From assembly GCA_965197905.1 (NCBI GenBank), contig CBDAOB010000005.1:32001-96000 (forward strand): 64,000 nt of DNA. Reading direction: 5' to 3'. Each line of letters begins with the position of its first letter. Positions within the stretch are counted from its first letter, which is position 1. The position numbers and the translations under genes are program-made. Origin of the DNA: Candidatus Latescibacterota bacterium. GTDB taxonomy: Bacteria; Latescibacterota; UBA2968; UBA8231. Below, piece after piece: positions 10,469 through 20,425 of the stretch. The notes below the pieces were generated by a model that was given only the letters and a program-made list of their open reading frames with translations, made no database searches and was not told where the DNA came from.

Positions 10469-11221
10469 ATGGAGCCGGAGCGACACATAAAGGTAGAAGG
10501 TGCGTTCAATGTTCGAGATCTGGGGGGCTATGAGACCTGCGAAGGGCGCCGCACGAAGTGGAGGCGGTTTCTCCGGGCGGACTGCCTGGACAAGGTAGAC
10601 GGGGAACACCTTGCTTCCCGCTTCGATGGGGGATTGAAGACGGTGGTCGATCTCAGGAGCGCGAGAGAGATCGAAGAAGAACCCTCAGTTTTTCGTTCAT
10701 CAACGGAGGGCCCCAACTATTTGCATGTCGATCTGATCGGTGATCCCAGGTTGATCGACGATCCTACGAAATGGCCACAGCCGCCCGAACCGCCGCAACG
10801 TTATCTGGCCATCTACAAAACCTGGATAGACGATCGGCAAGATGCGATCCGCACAGTCCTCTCCAGCTTCGCCGAGTCCGACGCGTTGCCGGCGCTGTTC
10901 AACTGCCATGCGGGAAAGGATCGCACCGGCGTTATCGCAGCGCTGCTGCTGGGGCTGGCCGGCGTGCCCGATGAAACGATCGTCGCCGACTACGCCCTCA
11001 GCGGTCCTAACCTCTGGCACCGGGAGATGGCTACCTTTAGGGAAACGCACGGTGAAGAGTCCTCGATGGAGGATTTCAGCGCCGAGGTATCGTCCGCCCG
11101 GAACATGGAGCTTACCTTGGAATACCTGAACGAACGGTATGGAGGTATTCCAACCTATCTCACCACGATAGGGTTGAGCTCAGAAGAGCGCGACTGCTTG
11201 CGAAAGGCTTTGCTGGATTGA
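10469..11221 (+). CDS. Tyrosine-protein phosphatase (Y_phosphatase3 family)
   Basis: [15 protein letters not shown]-loop [17 protein letters not shown]. Confidence 0.9.
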   Translation: MEPERHIKVEGAFNVRDLGGYETCEGRRTKWRRFLRADCLDKVDGEHLASRFDGGLKTVVDLRSAREIEEEPSVFRSSTEGPNYLHVDLIGDPRLIDDPTKWPQPPEPPQRYLAIYKTWIDDRQDAIRTVLSSFAESDALPALFNCHAGKDRTGVIAALLLGLAGVPDETIVADYALSGPNLWHREMATFRETHGEESSMEDFSAEVSSARNMELTLEYLNERYGGIPTYLTTIGLSSEERDCLRKALLD

Positions 11222-12603
11222 ACGACGAAAAGCTCAGCATCTGCTGCGTTGGCGCCGGTTACGTCGGCGGTCCCACGATGGCCGTGATCGCCGACCGCTG
11301 CAAACGGGCTACGGTAACGGTTGTGGACCAGGACGACGCCCGCATCGCGGCGTGGAATTCCGACCGGCTTCCCATCTTCGAGCCGGGGCTGGAGGAGGTC
11401 GTGCGGCGCAACCGGGACCGCTCCCTCTTCTTCTCTACCGAGATCGACGCTACTATTCGCAAGTCGGACATAGTGTTCATCGCGGTGAATACGCCGACCA
11501 AGACCTACGGAATCGGCACTGGACGTGCGGCGGACATGGAGTTCCTCGAGATCTGCGCGCGACGGATCGCTGAAGTGGCCGAAGGTCACAAAGTGGTGGT
11601 GGAGAAGTCGACGGTGCCGGTGCGGACCGCGGAAACGGTGCGCACGATTCTCGATACCCGTACCGAGGGTGCCAGCTTCCAGGTGCTTTCCAACCCCGAG
11701 TTCATGGCGGAAGGTTCGGCCATTCGCGATCTGGAGCAGCCGGACCGGGTGTTGATCGGTGGCGAGCGCTCGCCGGAAGGGGACCGAGCGGTGGCGCAGC
11801 TGAAGTCGGTCTACTCCAGCTGGGTGCCCGAGGAAAAAATCCTCACCACGGATCTGTGGTCTTCAGAGCTCACCAAACTCATCGCCAATGCCTTTCTCGC
11901 CCAGCGCATCTCTTCCATCAACGCCGTCTCCGCATTGTGCGAGGCGACCGAGGCGGATGTGGAGGAGATCTCCAACGCCATCGGCAAGGATCGTCGCATT
12001 GGTCCCGATTTCCTCAAGAGCTCGGTTGGTTTCGGCGGCTCCTGTTTCCAGAAAGACATCCTCAACCTCGTGTATCTGTGCGAGACCTTCGGGCTGCGGG
12101 AGGTTGCGGACTACTGGGAGCACGTGGTGCGGATCAACGACTACCAGAAGCGGCGCTTTTCGAAACGGATCATCGAGGCGCTCTTTGGAACGGTGTCGGG
12201 AAAGCGAGTCGCGGTGCTCGGCTACGCCTTCAAGAAGGATACCAACGACATCCGCGAGTCGCCGGCCATCTACGTCTGCCGCGACCTTCTTGCCGAGCAG
12301 GCTTCGCTGGCGGTCTACGATCCGCGGGTCGAGCCGGAACAGCTGCGCTCATCCCTCGGCGCCGACGAGGACCCAACCGGCGCCGGAGCGCCGGAGGTGG
12401 AGATCTGCTCCGATCCGTACGCCGCCGCCCAGGGAGCTCACGCGATTGCCGTGCTGACCGACTGGGATGAATTCCGTGACCTGGATTACCAGCGGATCTT
12501 CGATTCGATGGCCAAACCGGCCTGTGTGTTCGACGGTCGCAATGTGGTCGATCTGGTCAAGTTGCAGCAAATCGGTTTTCGCACCTTCGGCATAGGCAAG
12601 TAG
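11218..12603 (+). CDS. ugd: UDP-glucose 6-dehydrogenase
   Basis: GAGYVG Rossmann motif, [21 protein letters not shown] catalytic Cys, AFKKDTND. Confidence 0.95.
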   Translation: MNDEKLSICCVGAGYVGGPTMAVIADRCKRATVTVVDQDDARIAAWNSDRLPIFEPGLEEVVRRNRDRSLFFSTEIDATIRKSDIVFIAVNTPTKTYGIGTGRAADMEFLEICARRIAEVAEGHKVVVEKSTVPVRTAETVRTILDTRTEGASFQVLSNPEFMAEGSAIRDLEQPDRVLIGGERSPEGDRAVAQLKSVYSSWVPEEKILTTDLWSSELTKLIANAFLAQRISSINAVSALCEATEADVEEISNAIGKDRRIGPDFLKSSVGFGGSCFQKDILNLVYLCETFGLREVADYWEHVVRINDYQKRRFSKRIIEALFGTVSGKRVAVLGYAFKKDTNDIRESPAIYVCRDLLAEQASLAVYDPRVEPEQLRSSLGADEDPTGAGAPEVEICSDPYAAAQGAHAIAVLTDWDEFRDLDYQRIFDSMAKPACVFDGRNVVDLVKLQQIGFRTFGIGK

Positions 12604-13884
12604 ATGGCTGAATATCCCGAGGTATTTCGCGTCCGTCAGCATTTCGACGTGCCCCAGGTCGACGACCTGGTCGCCGAGGTCGAGCAGCAACTGCAGCGAC
12701 TTTCCCTGAGCAAACAGGTCAAGCCGGGGCAAACCGTCGCTATCTCTGTGGGTAGTCGCGGCATCTCGGGCATCCACCAGATCGTCAAAGCCGCGGTCGG
12801 TCATTTCAAGCAGCTGGGAGCTGAGCCGTTTATCGTGCCGGCGATGGGGAGCCACGGTGGCGGTCGTGCCGAAGGGCAGCAGCAGCTGCTAGAAACGCTG
12901 GGCGTCACCGAAGAGTTCTGCGAATGCCCGATTCGCGCCAGCATGGAAACGGTGGTCGTGTGCGATGCGGCCGAGGGGTTTCCAGTGCACTTCGACAAAC
13001 ACGCTTACGGCGCCGACCACGTGGTGGTGTGCAACCGGATCAAGTCCCACACCCAGTTCGTCGGAGACATCGAGAGCGGCCTCATGAAGATGATGCTGAT
13101 CGGACTGGGGAAACATGCCGGCGCCAAGATCTATCACCGGGCGATCAAGGATTTCAGCTTCGGTCAGATCGTGCGCAGCGTGGCCAGTGTCGTACTGGAG
13201 CGCTGCTCGATTCTCGCCGGCATCGCCATCGTCGAGAACAGCTACTGCCGCACGGCAAAGATCGAAGCGGTGACCCCGGAACGATTCGAGGAACGCGAGA
13301 AGGCGCTGCTGTTGAATGCCAAGGAGTGGGCGGCGCGGCTACCGTTCAACGTCGCGGATGTCCTGCTCATCGACGAGGTGGGCAAGAATATCAGCGGTAC
13401 CGGATTCGACCTGAGCATCACCGGTCGCCGCAACCTGGTGCACCAACCTTCGGAGGAAGAGTATCCGAAGGTCAGGATGATCGGGCTCCGCGACCTGACC
13501 GAGGCTTCCCATGGAAATGGAGAAGGCATGGGTCTCGCCGAGTTCTGTCGCAAACGGGTGCTCGACAAGGTGGATCTCGAGGTCACCCGAATCAACGGGC
13601 TGACCAGCGGGCACTTCACTGGATCCATGATCCCCATCGACTTCGACACCGACGCACGGCTACTGGAGGTGATGTTGGCGCAGATCGGACTCACCGAACC
13701 GCCCGATGCCAAACTGATGTGGATTCGCAACACCGTCGATCTGGCCGAGGTCGAGTGTTCGGCCGCCTATATGGACGAAGCGAGGGAGCGCGACGATCTG
13801 GAGCTTCTCACCGAGCCGCGATCGTTGGAGTTCGACCCGGAGGGCAACCTGTCCGACGAGCATATGCGTCTCAGCAGCCCGTGA
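12604..13884 (+). CDS. LarA/DUF2088-like domain protein
   Basis: GSRGI, VPAMGSHGG, NRIKSHT, ESGLMKM..IGLGK, GKNISGTG motifs. Confidence 0.75.
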   Translation: MAEYPEVFRVRQHFDVPQVDDLVAEVEQQLQRLSLSKQVKPGQTVAISVGSRGISGIHQIVKAAVGHFKQLGAEPFIVPAMGSHGGGRAEGQQQLLETLGVTEEFCECPIRASMETVVVCDAAEGFPVHFDKHAYGADHVVVCNRIKSHTQFVGDIESGLMKMMLIGLGKHAGAKIYHRAIKDFSFGQIVRSVASVVLERCSILAGIAIVENSYCRTAKIEAVTPERFEEREKALLLNAKEWAARLPFNVADVLLIDEVGKNISGTGFDLSITGRRNLVHQPSEEEYPKVRMIGLRDLTEASHGNGEGMGLAEFCRKRVLDKVDLEVTRINGLTSGHFTGSMIPIDFDTDARLLEVMLAQIGLTEPPDAKLMWIRNTVDLAEVECSAAYMDEARERDDLELLTEPRSLEFDPEGNLSDEHMRLSSP

Positions 13885-13965
13885 CAAAACGCCATTTGGG
13901 CTGCGGCCGCAATTTCTCGGCCTCGCCGACAAAGCGCATTTCACCACGGGCCGCTACCCTCTGAC

Positions 13966-14270
13966 ATGGCAACAGACGCTCATCCGCGGCATCCCCGCGT
14001 CTACCTCGCGTGGTGCAGCGTCCTCCATGTAATTACGGACGGCTATATCGCCAGCATTTCGCTGCTGCTTCCTTTCATGGCGGCAGACCTGGGATTGAGC
14101 TACACCCAGTCCGGCCTGATCAAAACGGCCAGCCACGGAGCCATCAGCCTTTTCCAGATACCGGCCGGTTTACTGTCCGAGCGCATCGGCGAGGTGCTGA
14201 TCCTAGGACTCGGGTTGGCCTGGCACAGCGCCAGCTTCATGGCGCTCCTCATGGCGGTCGGTTTCCCCCT
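13966..14270 (+). pseudogene. 5' fragment of an MFS transporter
   Basis: HVITDGY..LLPF..DLGLSYTQSG..QIPAGLLSERIG (TM1-3), after which the resemblance is lost abruptly. Confidence 0.7.
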
Positions 14271-14274
14271 CACA

Positions 14275-14606
14275 CGCATGTTGTGGTCAACCTGCCGTTG
14301 CGCACCGGACTGCGAGAAAAGGTCGAAGCCCCGCCGTTATGGTGGGGCGGGGTAGGGGAAAAAGGATGCGCCGATCGAAGTCTGTATCGGCGATTCTTGA
14401 AAGCGGGGCTTACGGATGTAGAGATGTTGCCCCAGTTGGCTACCTACACGGACAAGGAGCGCCTGGAAGGGCAGTATCCGCAGTTCGCCGCTTTGCTGGA
14501 TCCGGAAGAGGTCGACGAGTGGTGGCAGGCGGTAAAGCTGGCCGATGCCGACGGAACGGCGTTCATCTCACAGCCGTTTCACAGTGCCGTGGGTATCAAG
14601 ACGTAA
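14275..14606 (+). pseudogene. 3' fragment of a probable SAM-dependent methyltransferase
   Basis: VVNLPL..GCADRSLYRRFLKAGLTDV..FISQPFHSAVGIK resembles class I methyltransferase C-termini; no SAM-binding N-terminus present. Confidence 0.45.
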
Positions 14607-14702
14607 CACCCAATGTCGTCTGGACTGGTACGGACATCGGTTGCAAGGACCCGCATCCGCAAACCTCCCTGCGGCCGGTTGCCTGGCGCACCAAGATATT
14701 CC

Positions 14703-14732
14703 TTGACGGTCGCCAGCACCGTCACGTACTTC
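14703..14732 (+). promoter_or_regulatory. Putative sigma70 promoter with operator for the MNT-HEPN module
   Basis: TTGACG (14703), 18-bp spacer, weak -10 TACTTC; inverted repeat TGACGGT-N7-ACCGTCA (14704-14724); ATG follows at 14738. Confidence 0.5.
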
Positions 14733-14737
14733 AAGAC

Positions 14738-15076
14738 ATGAGCCCAAACGAAGACACTGCGGTAACATCTGAGCTCGACGAGATCGTTGCCAAAATTATT
14801 GAAGAGGGCAACCCATTGAAGGTCGTGCTATTCGGTTCGCGGGCCCGGGGCGACCACCGTCCGGACAGCGACATCGATCTATTGATTGTGGAGCAATCCT
14901 CTTTGCCGCGGTACAAGCGTTCGGCACGTTATTACGTAGCCACCATGGGCTTGTTTCCGGCCATCGAAATCGTTGTCTGGACCCCGGGGGAAATACGCGA
15001 ATGGGAGCAAGTGCCGAACCACTTCGTCACGGCCGCCTTGAAAGAAGGCAAGGTGTTGCATGAACGGCCCGGCTGA
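14738..15076 (+). CDS. Minimal nucleotidyltransferase (MNT) antitoxin-like protein
   Basis: LFGSRARGD..DSDIDLLIV motif; overlaps the downstream HEPN gene. Confidence 0.9.
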   Translation: MSPNEDTAVTSELDEIVAKIIEEGNPLKVVLFGSRARGDHRPDSDIDLLIVEQSSLPRYKRSARYYVATMGLFPAIEIVVWTPGEIREWEQVPNHFVTAALKEGKVLHERPG

Positions 15077-15449
15077 CCTGGCACGGGGATGGCTGCAGAA
15101 AGCAGACAGCGATATCGCCGCGGCATCCCAGGTCGTCGCCGGTGAGGGGCCGTATGACACTGCCTGTTTCCACGCCCAACAGGCGATCGAGAAGTCGCTG
15201 AAGGCTGTTCTTGCCTACAAGGGCAAAGAAATTCCCCGCACGCACAACCTGGCGTATCTCGCTTCAGCCGTAGACAACTCGGTAGATTCCCTCGAGCTCG
15301 ACCCCAAAAAGCTCGGCGGCATTACCGCGTACGCCGTCGAGTTGCGGTACGACCCGGGGTTCTGGCCGGAGCGGGAGACCGCAGTGGAAGCCCTCGAAAT
15401 CGCTCGAGACGTCCAAAGAATCGTTGCCACCGCGCTGCCGAGTACCTGA
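15060..15449 (+). CDS. HEPN domain protein (partner of MNT)
   Basis: WLQKADSD, CFHAQQAIEKSLKA, THNL, RY motifs. Confidence 0.9.
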   Translation: MNGPADLARGWLQKADSDIAAASQVVAGEGPYDTACFHAQQAIEKSLKAVLAYKGKEIPRTHNLAYLASAVDNSVDSLELDPKKLGGITAYAVELRYDPGFWPERETAVEALEIARDVQRIVATALPST

Positions 15450-15551
15450 GCTGATTCCACCCACTGAAGACCTCGTTCACAGATTCCGGTGAGACTCTCA
15501 CCCTCTTTCGGAGGGTTGGCGCTAGCCAGCCAGTGGAGGGAACAACAGTTC

Positions 15552-17533
15552 ATGAAATCACCCAAATCAGACGCTCAACAAACCGACGAATCGATACAGG
15601 ACGGACTGGCCCATTACCAGGCCGGACGACTGCAACAAGCGGAAACCATCTTCCAATCCATCTTGCAGGAACATCCCCAACATCCCGACGCCTTGCATCT
15701 GCTGGGAGTCCTCAAACATAGAGAAGGAGACCACGAAACCGCCGTCGGTCTGATCGAAGAGGCCATAAAATCGAACCCGACGGCACCGGCCTTTTTCAAC
15801 AACTGCGGTGAAGTCTATCGTGCATTGCAAGACTACGATTCGGCCATTGCCCGCTATGAGCAGGCCCTTGCCCTCAATCCGAAATACGCCGAGGCGTTCT
15901 ACAACCTGGGGATCACCCTTAACCAACTGGGCCGGCACGAAGAGGCTATCGAGCGCTATAAACAGGCCCTTGCCCTCAAGCCGGGCCATGGCAAGGCACA
16001 CAACAACCTGGGGAATGCGCTACGGAATCTGGGCCGTCAGGAAGATGCCCTTACCCACTATGGTCAGGCCCTTGCCATCCGGCCGAACTACGCCGAGGCG
16101 CACTACAACCTGGGGAATGCCCTCCAAGAGCTGGGCCGTCATGAAGAAGCGATCGCTTGTTACGAGCGCGCCGTTGCCATTGAGCCCGACTTCGCCGAGG
16201 CATACAACAACCTGGGAAACGCCCTCCATAAGATCGGACGGCATGACGAAGCGATTGTCCCCCTCGAACAAGCCGTTGCCCTCAAGCCGCATCTTGCCGA
16301 GGCGCACAGCAACCTGGGAAATGTCCTGCAGGAGCTGAGCCGGCACGACGAAGCCATTGCCAGTTACGAGCAGGCCCTCGATCTAAAGCCAGATTTCGCC
16401 GAGGCACATTACAATCTGGGAATTCCCTCCAGGACCTGGGCCGGCAGGAAGACGCCATCGCCAGTTACGAGCAGGCTCTTGTTCTCAAGCCTGACCACGC
16501 CGAGGCGCGAAGAAGTTTGACCCTGATCAAACCAAGTCCCGATCAAATTCCGCTGTTGGAAAAGCGTCTGACAGACCCGTCAACATCAGAGGAAGACGCG
16601 ATCCACCTGCATTTCGCGCTTGCCGATCTTTTCGACCAGGCCAATTCCTGCACCGATGCATTTGAACACGTGAAGAAAGCCAACGACCTGAAACGAAAAA
16701 CGATCACCTATGATGCGCGACAGCATTCTGTTTTTGTAGACCGAGTGATCAAGACCTATGCGACAAGCTTTTTCGAAACCAACACTGCGCGCGGGTCCGA
16801 TTCGGAACTGCCCGTATTCATCGTTGGCTTACCACGCTCCGGAACTACCCTCGTAGAACAGATTGTATCTAGCCATCCGCAGGTGTTTGGAGCGGGCGAG
16901 CTTGGATCTCTTATGGCCATTGAAGAAGGGATATCCAAAGAGATAGAAACATCGCGCCCTTACCCGGAGGGAATTTCGTCTTGCAAGGACTCAGTCGCAG
17001 CTGAGTTTTCGACCAGATATCTGCGTGAGCTGCGCGAGTACTCGCCGTCCGCAATCCGAATTACCGACAAGATGCCGAGCAATTTTCTCAGGATTGGTCT
17101 TATCAAAATCCTGTTCCCGAAGGCGCGCATCATTCATTGCAAACGCAATGCGCTCGATACCTGTACTTCTATCTTTCTGAATTATTTGGTAAAAGGTCAT
17201 GATTACTCCTTCGACCTAGAGGAGTTAGGGCAATATTATCTGGACTACGAGAGATTGATGAGACACTGGCGCGGCGTGGTCGCCGATGAAATATTCGAAG
17301 TGCAGTACGAAGAATTGGTTACGGATCAGGAGTCGGTTAGCCGGCAACTCATCGAACATGTCGGATTGGAGTGGGATGACACCTGCCTCGATTTTCACGA
17401 GAACACACGGGTGGTGAAGACGGCCAGCAATCTGCAGGTGCGCAAGCCGATGTACAAAAACTCGATCAACAGATGGCGGCGGTATGAGAAACAGCTGGCA
17501 CCCCTGGTAGCAATGCTCGATACCCACATCTGA
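15552..17533 (+). CDS. TPR-repeat sulfotransferase (Sulfotransfer_3-like), about 660 aa; frameshift at ~16418
   Basis: About nine 34-aa TPRs (AEAHYNLGNAL); FIVGLPRSGTTL, DKMP, TASNLQVRKP; adding one G to the G run in CTGGGAAT restores LGNSLQDLGRQ and joins ORF 16517-17533. Confidence 0.85.
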
Positions 17534-17589
17534 ACTACGCGTGTGCCTGCGGCCACGCTTCTTGCAGACATCATATCCCCTTGCCCTAA

Positions 17590-17623
17590 TTGACCGGTGT
17601 AAACATTTTGTTTATAATTACAC
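17590..17623 (+). promoter_or_regulatory. Sigma70 promoter with palindromic operator for higBA (probably leaderless)
   Basis: TTGACC (17590-95), 17 bp, TATAAT (17613-18); TAAACA-N3-TGTTTA and GTGTAA..TTACAC inverted repeats; ATG at 17627. Confidence 0.8.
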
Positions 17624-17626
17624 TTC

Positions 17627-17909
17627 ATGATTCGGTCGTTTGCCGACACCGAGACTGAGCGTTTCTACAATGTTGGAAAATCCCGTCGTTATCCGCCCTC
17701 CATCCAAGCAAGGGCCGCGATGCGGCTGACACAATTGAACGCCGCCACGCGTCTGGACGACTTGCGTTTGCCACCATCGAATCGATTGGAAGCCCTGAAA
17801 AGCGATCGCGTCGGTCAGTGGAGCATCCGTATTAACGACCAATGGCGGGTGTGTTTCCGCTTTGAGAGCGGTGACGCGTTCAATGTCGAAATCCGACTAC
17901 CACAGATAG
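17627..17909 (+). CDS. higB: HigB (RelE/ParE superfamily) toxin; reads through into higA as assembled
   Basis: MIRSFAD..LRLPPSNRLEALK..GQWSIRINDQWRVCF; the canonical DYH end followed by TAG (17907-09) lies out of frame. Confidence 0.85.
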
Positions 17910-17917
17910 GAGTCAGC

Positions 17918-18217
17918 ATGAACAAGGACGGCCTGCCCCCGATCCATCCCGGAGAATTTCTGCGTGAGATTCTGGAGGAGTTGGACATTTCTCAAGCTAA
18001 GTTCGCTCGCGCCATCGGCATTTCGCCAATGCGGGTGTCACACGTGGTGAACGGAGCGCGACCTGTGACGGCCGAATTAGCGCTCCTGTTTAGCAGGGCC
18101 TTCCATCATCAATCGCCGCAATACTGGCTCAATCTGCAAGCTGCGTACGACTTGAAAACCACCGAAACGGCCATAGCCAAACAGCTGAGAGCGGTCCCCG
18201 ATCTTTCGTCTGTTTGA
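17918..18217 (+). CDS. higA: HigA antitoxin (Xre-type HTH)
   Basis: PIHPGEFLREIL..YWLNLQAAYDL; own AGGAG RBS at 17908-12. Confidence 0.9.
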   Translation: MNKDGLPPIHPGEFLREILEELDISQAKFARAIGISPMRVSHVVNGARPVTAELALLFSRAFHHQSPQYWLNLQAAYDLKTTETAIAKQLRAVPDLSSV

Positions 18218-18545
18218 CCCGGTCGTTTCGCGAGCCGAGGTCATCGCAGTACCAAGCGCCCAACCATAAATACAAGCGCCGCCCGACCTCGACCTGCACG
18301 AGTGTCCAAAACCTCCTTGACCGACTCGTTGCAGAGGACGCCCGGACTGTTCACCGGTCTCGATCTCCTCAAATACGGACAAAACCACCAATTATGGATA
18401 CAACCATTACAGATCTACACAAATTGCCTGGAATCTGAAAACGACTCCGATTACCTTCCATTGATCGCCGGGCCGAAGCTGCACGCCGCTGCTCTGTATA
18501 CCATTATAGTACCTCCGGCGACGGAACCTTCCCGGTCCGGACTCG

Positions 18546-19622
18546 ATGCTGCCTACCGAATCTCACTTCGACTCTACCCATACGCCTGACCTACCTCCAC
18601 TTCTAGCCGAACTCGGCATCACCCTCGCCGTCACTACCTACCAGGCTGGCAAGGTGATTCTCATCAGCTCCGACGGCCAAGGGTTGCAGCATCTGCCGCG
18701 CACCTTCGACACCCCGATGGGCATGGCGGTCAAAGAGAACCAGATGGCGCTGGCGCTCAAGGACCGGATCGTGCTGCTGGCCAACGAACCGCGCCTGGCC
18801 GCGAGCTATCCAAACAAACCCAGCTACTACGATTCGCTGTGGGTCCCACGCTCGGTGCATTACTGCGGCGAGCTCAACGCCCACGACCTGGCCTTCGGTG
18901 AAGACGGCCTGGTGGGTGTCAACACCCTGTTCTCCTGTCTCTTTCGACTCGACGAGCAACACAGCTTCGTTCCGGTCTGGGAGCCGCCGTTTATCAGCGC
19001 CCTGGTCTCCGAGGACCGCTGCCATCTCAACGGCCTGGCGCTGGCGCCGGGAGAAGGCGAACAAGCTCTGGTGTCGGCATTGGGCACGAGCAACGAGCGC
19101 GAGGGTTGGCGCGAGAACAAGATGGAAGGGGGCGTGTTGATGAGCGTCCCGGAGGGCGAGACGGTGCTAAGCGGTCTGCCCATGCCCCACAGCCCCCGTT
19201 GGATCGGGGGCGAGCTCTATCTGCTGCTCTCCGCCCGCGGGGAGCTGGCAGTGGTGGATCTCGACGACGGCAGTTACGAGGTGATCCAGCGGGTTCCCGG
19301 ATTCGCACGAGGACTGGCCTTTCACGGCGACTATCTATTCGTCGGCGTGTCGCGTTTGCGGCCGGGCCGGATTTTCGGTGACGTGCCGCTGGCGGAGGGT
19401 GACACCAAGTGCGGCGTGGCGGTGGTGCATCGACCGAGCGGAGCGCTGATGGGCATGGTCGAATACACCTCCTCCTGCGAGGAGGTCTACGATGTGCAGG
19501 TGCTCGCCGGCATGCGCAGGCCGGGCATCCTCGGACTGGAAACCCCGACTCACCTGAGCTCGCTCTCGATTCCGCAAGAAACCTTCTGGATGGCGCCTGA
19601 TGCTGAGGAAGATGAGGGCTGA
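18546..19622 (+). CDS. TIGR03032/DUF4915 family protein (function unknown)
   Basis: TTYQAGK, HDL, VNTLFSCL, WEPPFIS, EDRCHLNGLA, MPHSPRW, PGFARGL, EEVYDVQV motifs. Confidence 0.9.
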   Translation: MLPTESHFDSTHTPDLPPLLAELGITLAVTTYQAGKVILISSDGQGLQHLPRTFDTPMGMAVKENQMALALKDRIVLLANEPRLAASYPNKPSYYDSLWVPRSVHYCGELNAHDLAFGEDGLVGVNTLFSCLFRLDEQHSFVPVWEPPFISALVSEDRCHLNGLALAPGEGEQALVSALGTSNEREGWRENKMEGGVLMSVPEGETVLSGLPMPHSPRWIGGELYLLLSARGELAVVDLDDGSYEVIQRVPGFARGLAFHGDYLFVGVSRLRPGRIFGDVPLAEGDTKCGVAVVHRPSGALMGMVEYTSSCEEVYDVQVLAGMRRPGILGLETPTHLSSLSIPQETFWMAPDAEEDEG

Positions 19623-19729
19623 GCCACGGAAATCTCAACGAGGACGGGGTCGAAACCCTGCTGTAGTCGATAAGCGGCACACAAACGTCGAAAGCGGTAC
19701 ACTTTTCGCGCATCCGCTTTGACGGGTTG

Positions 19730-19954
19730 TTAACCAGCTTCTTCCCATTCCAGGACTGGTTTTCGATTGCTGGATACACAGTCGCGCAAATAAAGATTGA
19801 TCAGATTTTGGTATGACATGCCGGTTTCGTCAGCCAGCGCTTTGAAGTAGTCGATCACGTCCACCCCCAAGCGGATTGTCACCTGTTTCTTAAGGCGACT
19901 CGCAAAAGGGTTCTTGCGGCGCTTCATTCTGGAAAGGTTGTATTCTCTCTTCAT
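19730..19954 (-). CDS. brnA: BrnA/CopG-type RHH antitoxin
   Basis: MKREY..KKQVTIRL..DVIDYFK..GMSYQNLINLYL. Confidence 0.85.
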   Translation of the reverse strand: MKREYNLSRMKRRKNPFASRLKKQVTIRLGVDVIDYFKALADETGMSYQNLINLYLRDCVSSNRKPVLEWEEAG

Positions 19955-20238
19955 GACTCCTCCAGGTACTCGGCCCGCTCCTTTTTCGTTGGTTTGCGGG
20001 CAGATATAATGCGGATAACGGACTCCTCATCTCGAAAGCAGTGCACGACTACCAAAATACGGAGCTTGGAGCTGCAGCCCAGCATCAGAAAGCGGTCTTC
20101 TCCGAGCACATCGTCATCAAAGAACTGCAATGCATGCTCGTCGAAAAAGACAGTCTGAGCCTCTTCGAACGAAACGCCGTGTTTCCTTTGATTCGCCTTA
20201 TTCTTGGCTTCGTCCCAATCAAACTGCAGATCTGCCAT
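19951..20238 (-). CDS. brnT: BrnT toxin
   Basis: FDWDEAKNKANQRKHGVSFEEA..EDRF..IRIISARK; 4-bp overlap with the antitoxin; start placed at MADLQF. Confidence 0.9.
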   Translation of the reverse strand: MADLQFDWDEAKNKANQRKHGVSFEEAQTVFFDEHALQFFDDDVLGEDRFLMLGCSSKLRILVVVHCFRDEESVIRIISARKPTKKERAEYLEES

Positions 20239-20245
20239 CTTGGAG

Positions 20246-20268
20246 TTAATTATAATATACTTATACTG
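20246..20268. promoter_or_regulatory. AT-rich patch with overlapping divergent TATAAT boxes
   Basis: ATTATAAT palindrome: TATAAT on the - strand at 20249-54 (10 nt before the brnT ATG) and on the + strand at 20251-56. Confidence 0.5.
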
Positions 20269-20287
20269 TAGTGGACAGCTTGGAATC

Positions 20288-20425
20288 GGACAAATATTGG
20301 ATATCTCGCTGTGCTGCCAGTGCCGTGAAGCGGAAGTCGGGTCGGTCGCCATCGATCTCAACCGAGACGGGGTCATCGACGGCGGCGATCTCTTTATCGG
20401 TGACGCAGACAGCGATGATAACTGA
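20288..20425 (+). pseudogene. Degenerate 3' remnant of an additional giant-protein paralog
   Basis: GQILDISLCCQCREAEVGSVAIDLNRDGVIDGGDLF vs GQLDISLRGQGREPEKGQVSIDFN at 46033-46105; GGATATCTCGCTG shared at DNA level. Confidence 0.6.

Noticed and set aside
14339..14737. Long N-terminal extension on the MNT protein
   Set aside because: It overlaps the methyltransferase-like fragment, and a promoter/operator lies directly before ATG 14738
15488..15516. Hairpins after the HEPN gene as a terminator or mobile-element end
   Set aside because: Short stems, no U-tract and no second copy noticed in the window
18214..18545. Small ORFs or an ncRNA between higA and the DUF4915 gene
   Set aside because: No recognisable motif, RBS or convincing structure
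14700..20300. Integron cassette array
   Set aside because: No integrase and no recognisable attC sites; the modules have their own promoters and mixed orientation
20271..20414. 48-aa N-terminal extension of giant protein 1 given by the ORF track
   Set aside because: Paralogs start at the equivalent of 20415, and this DNA is better explained as a paralog remnant in another frame
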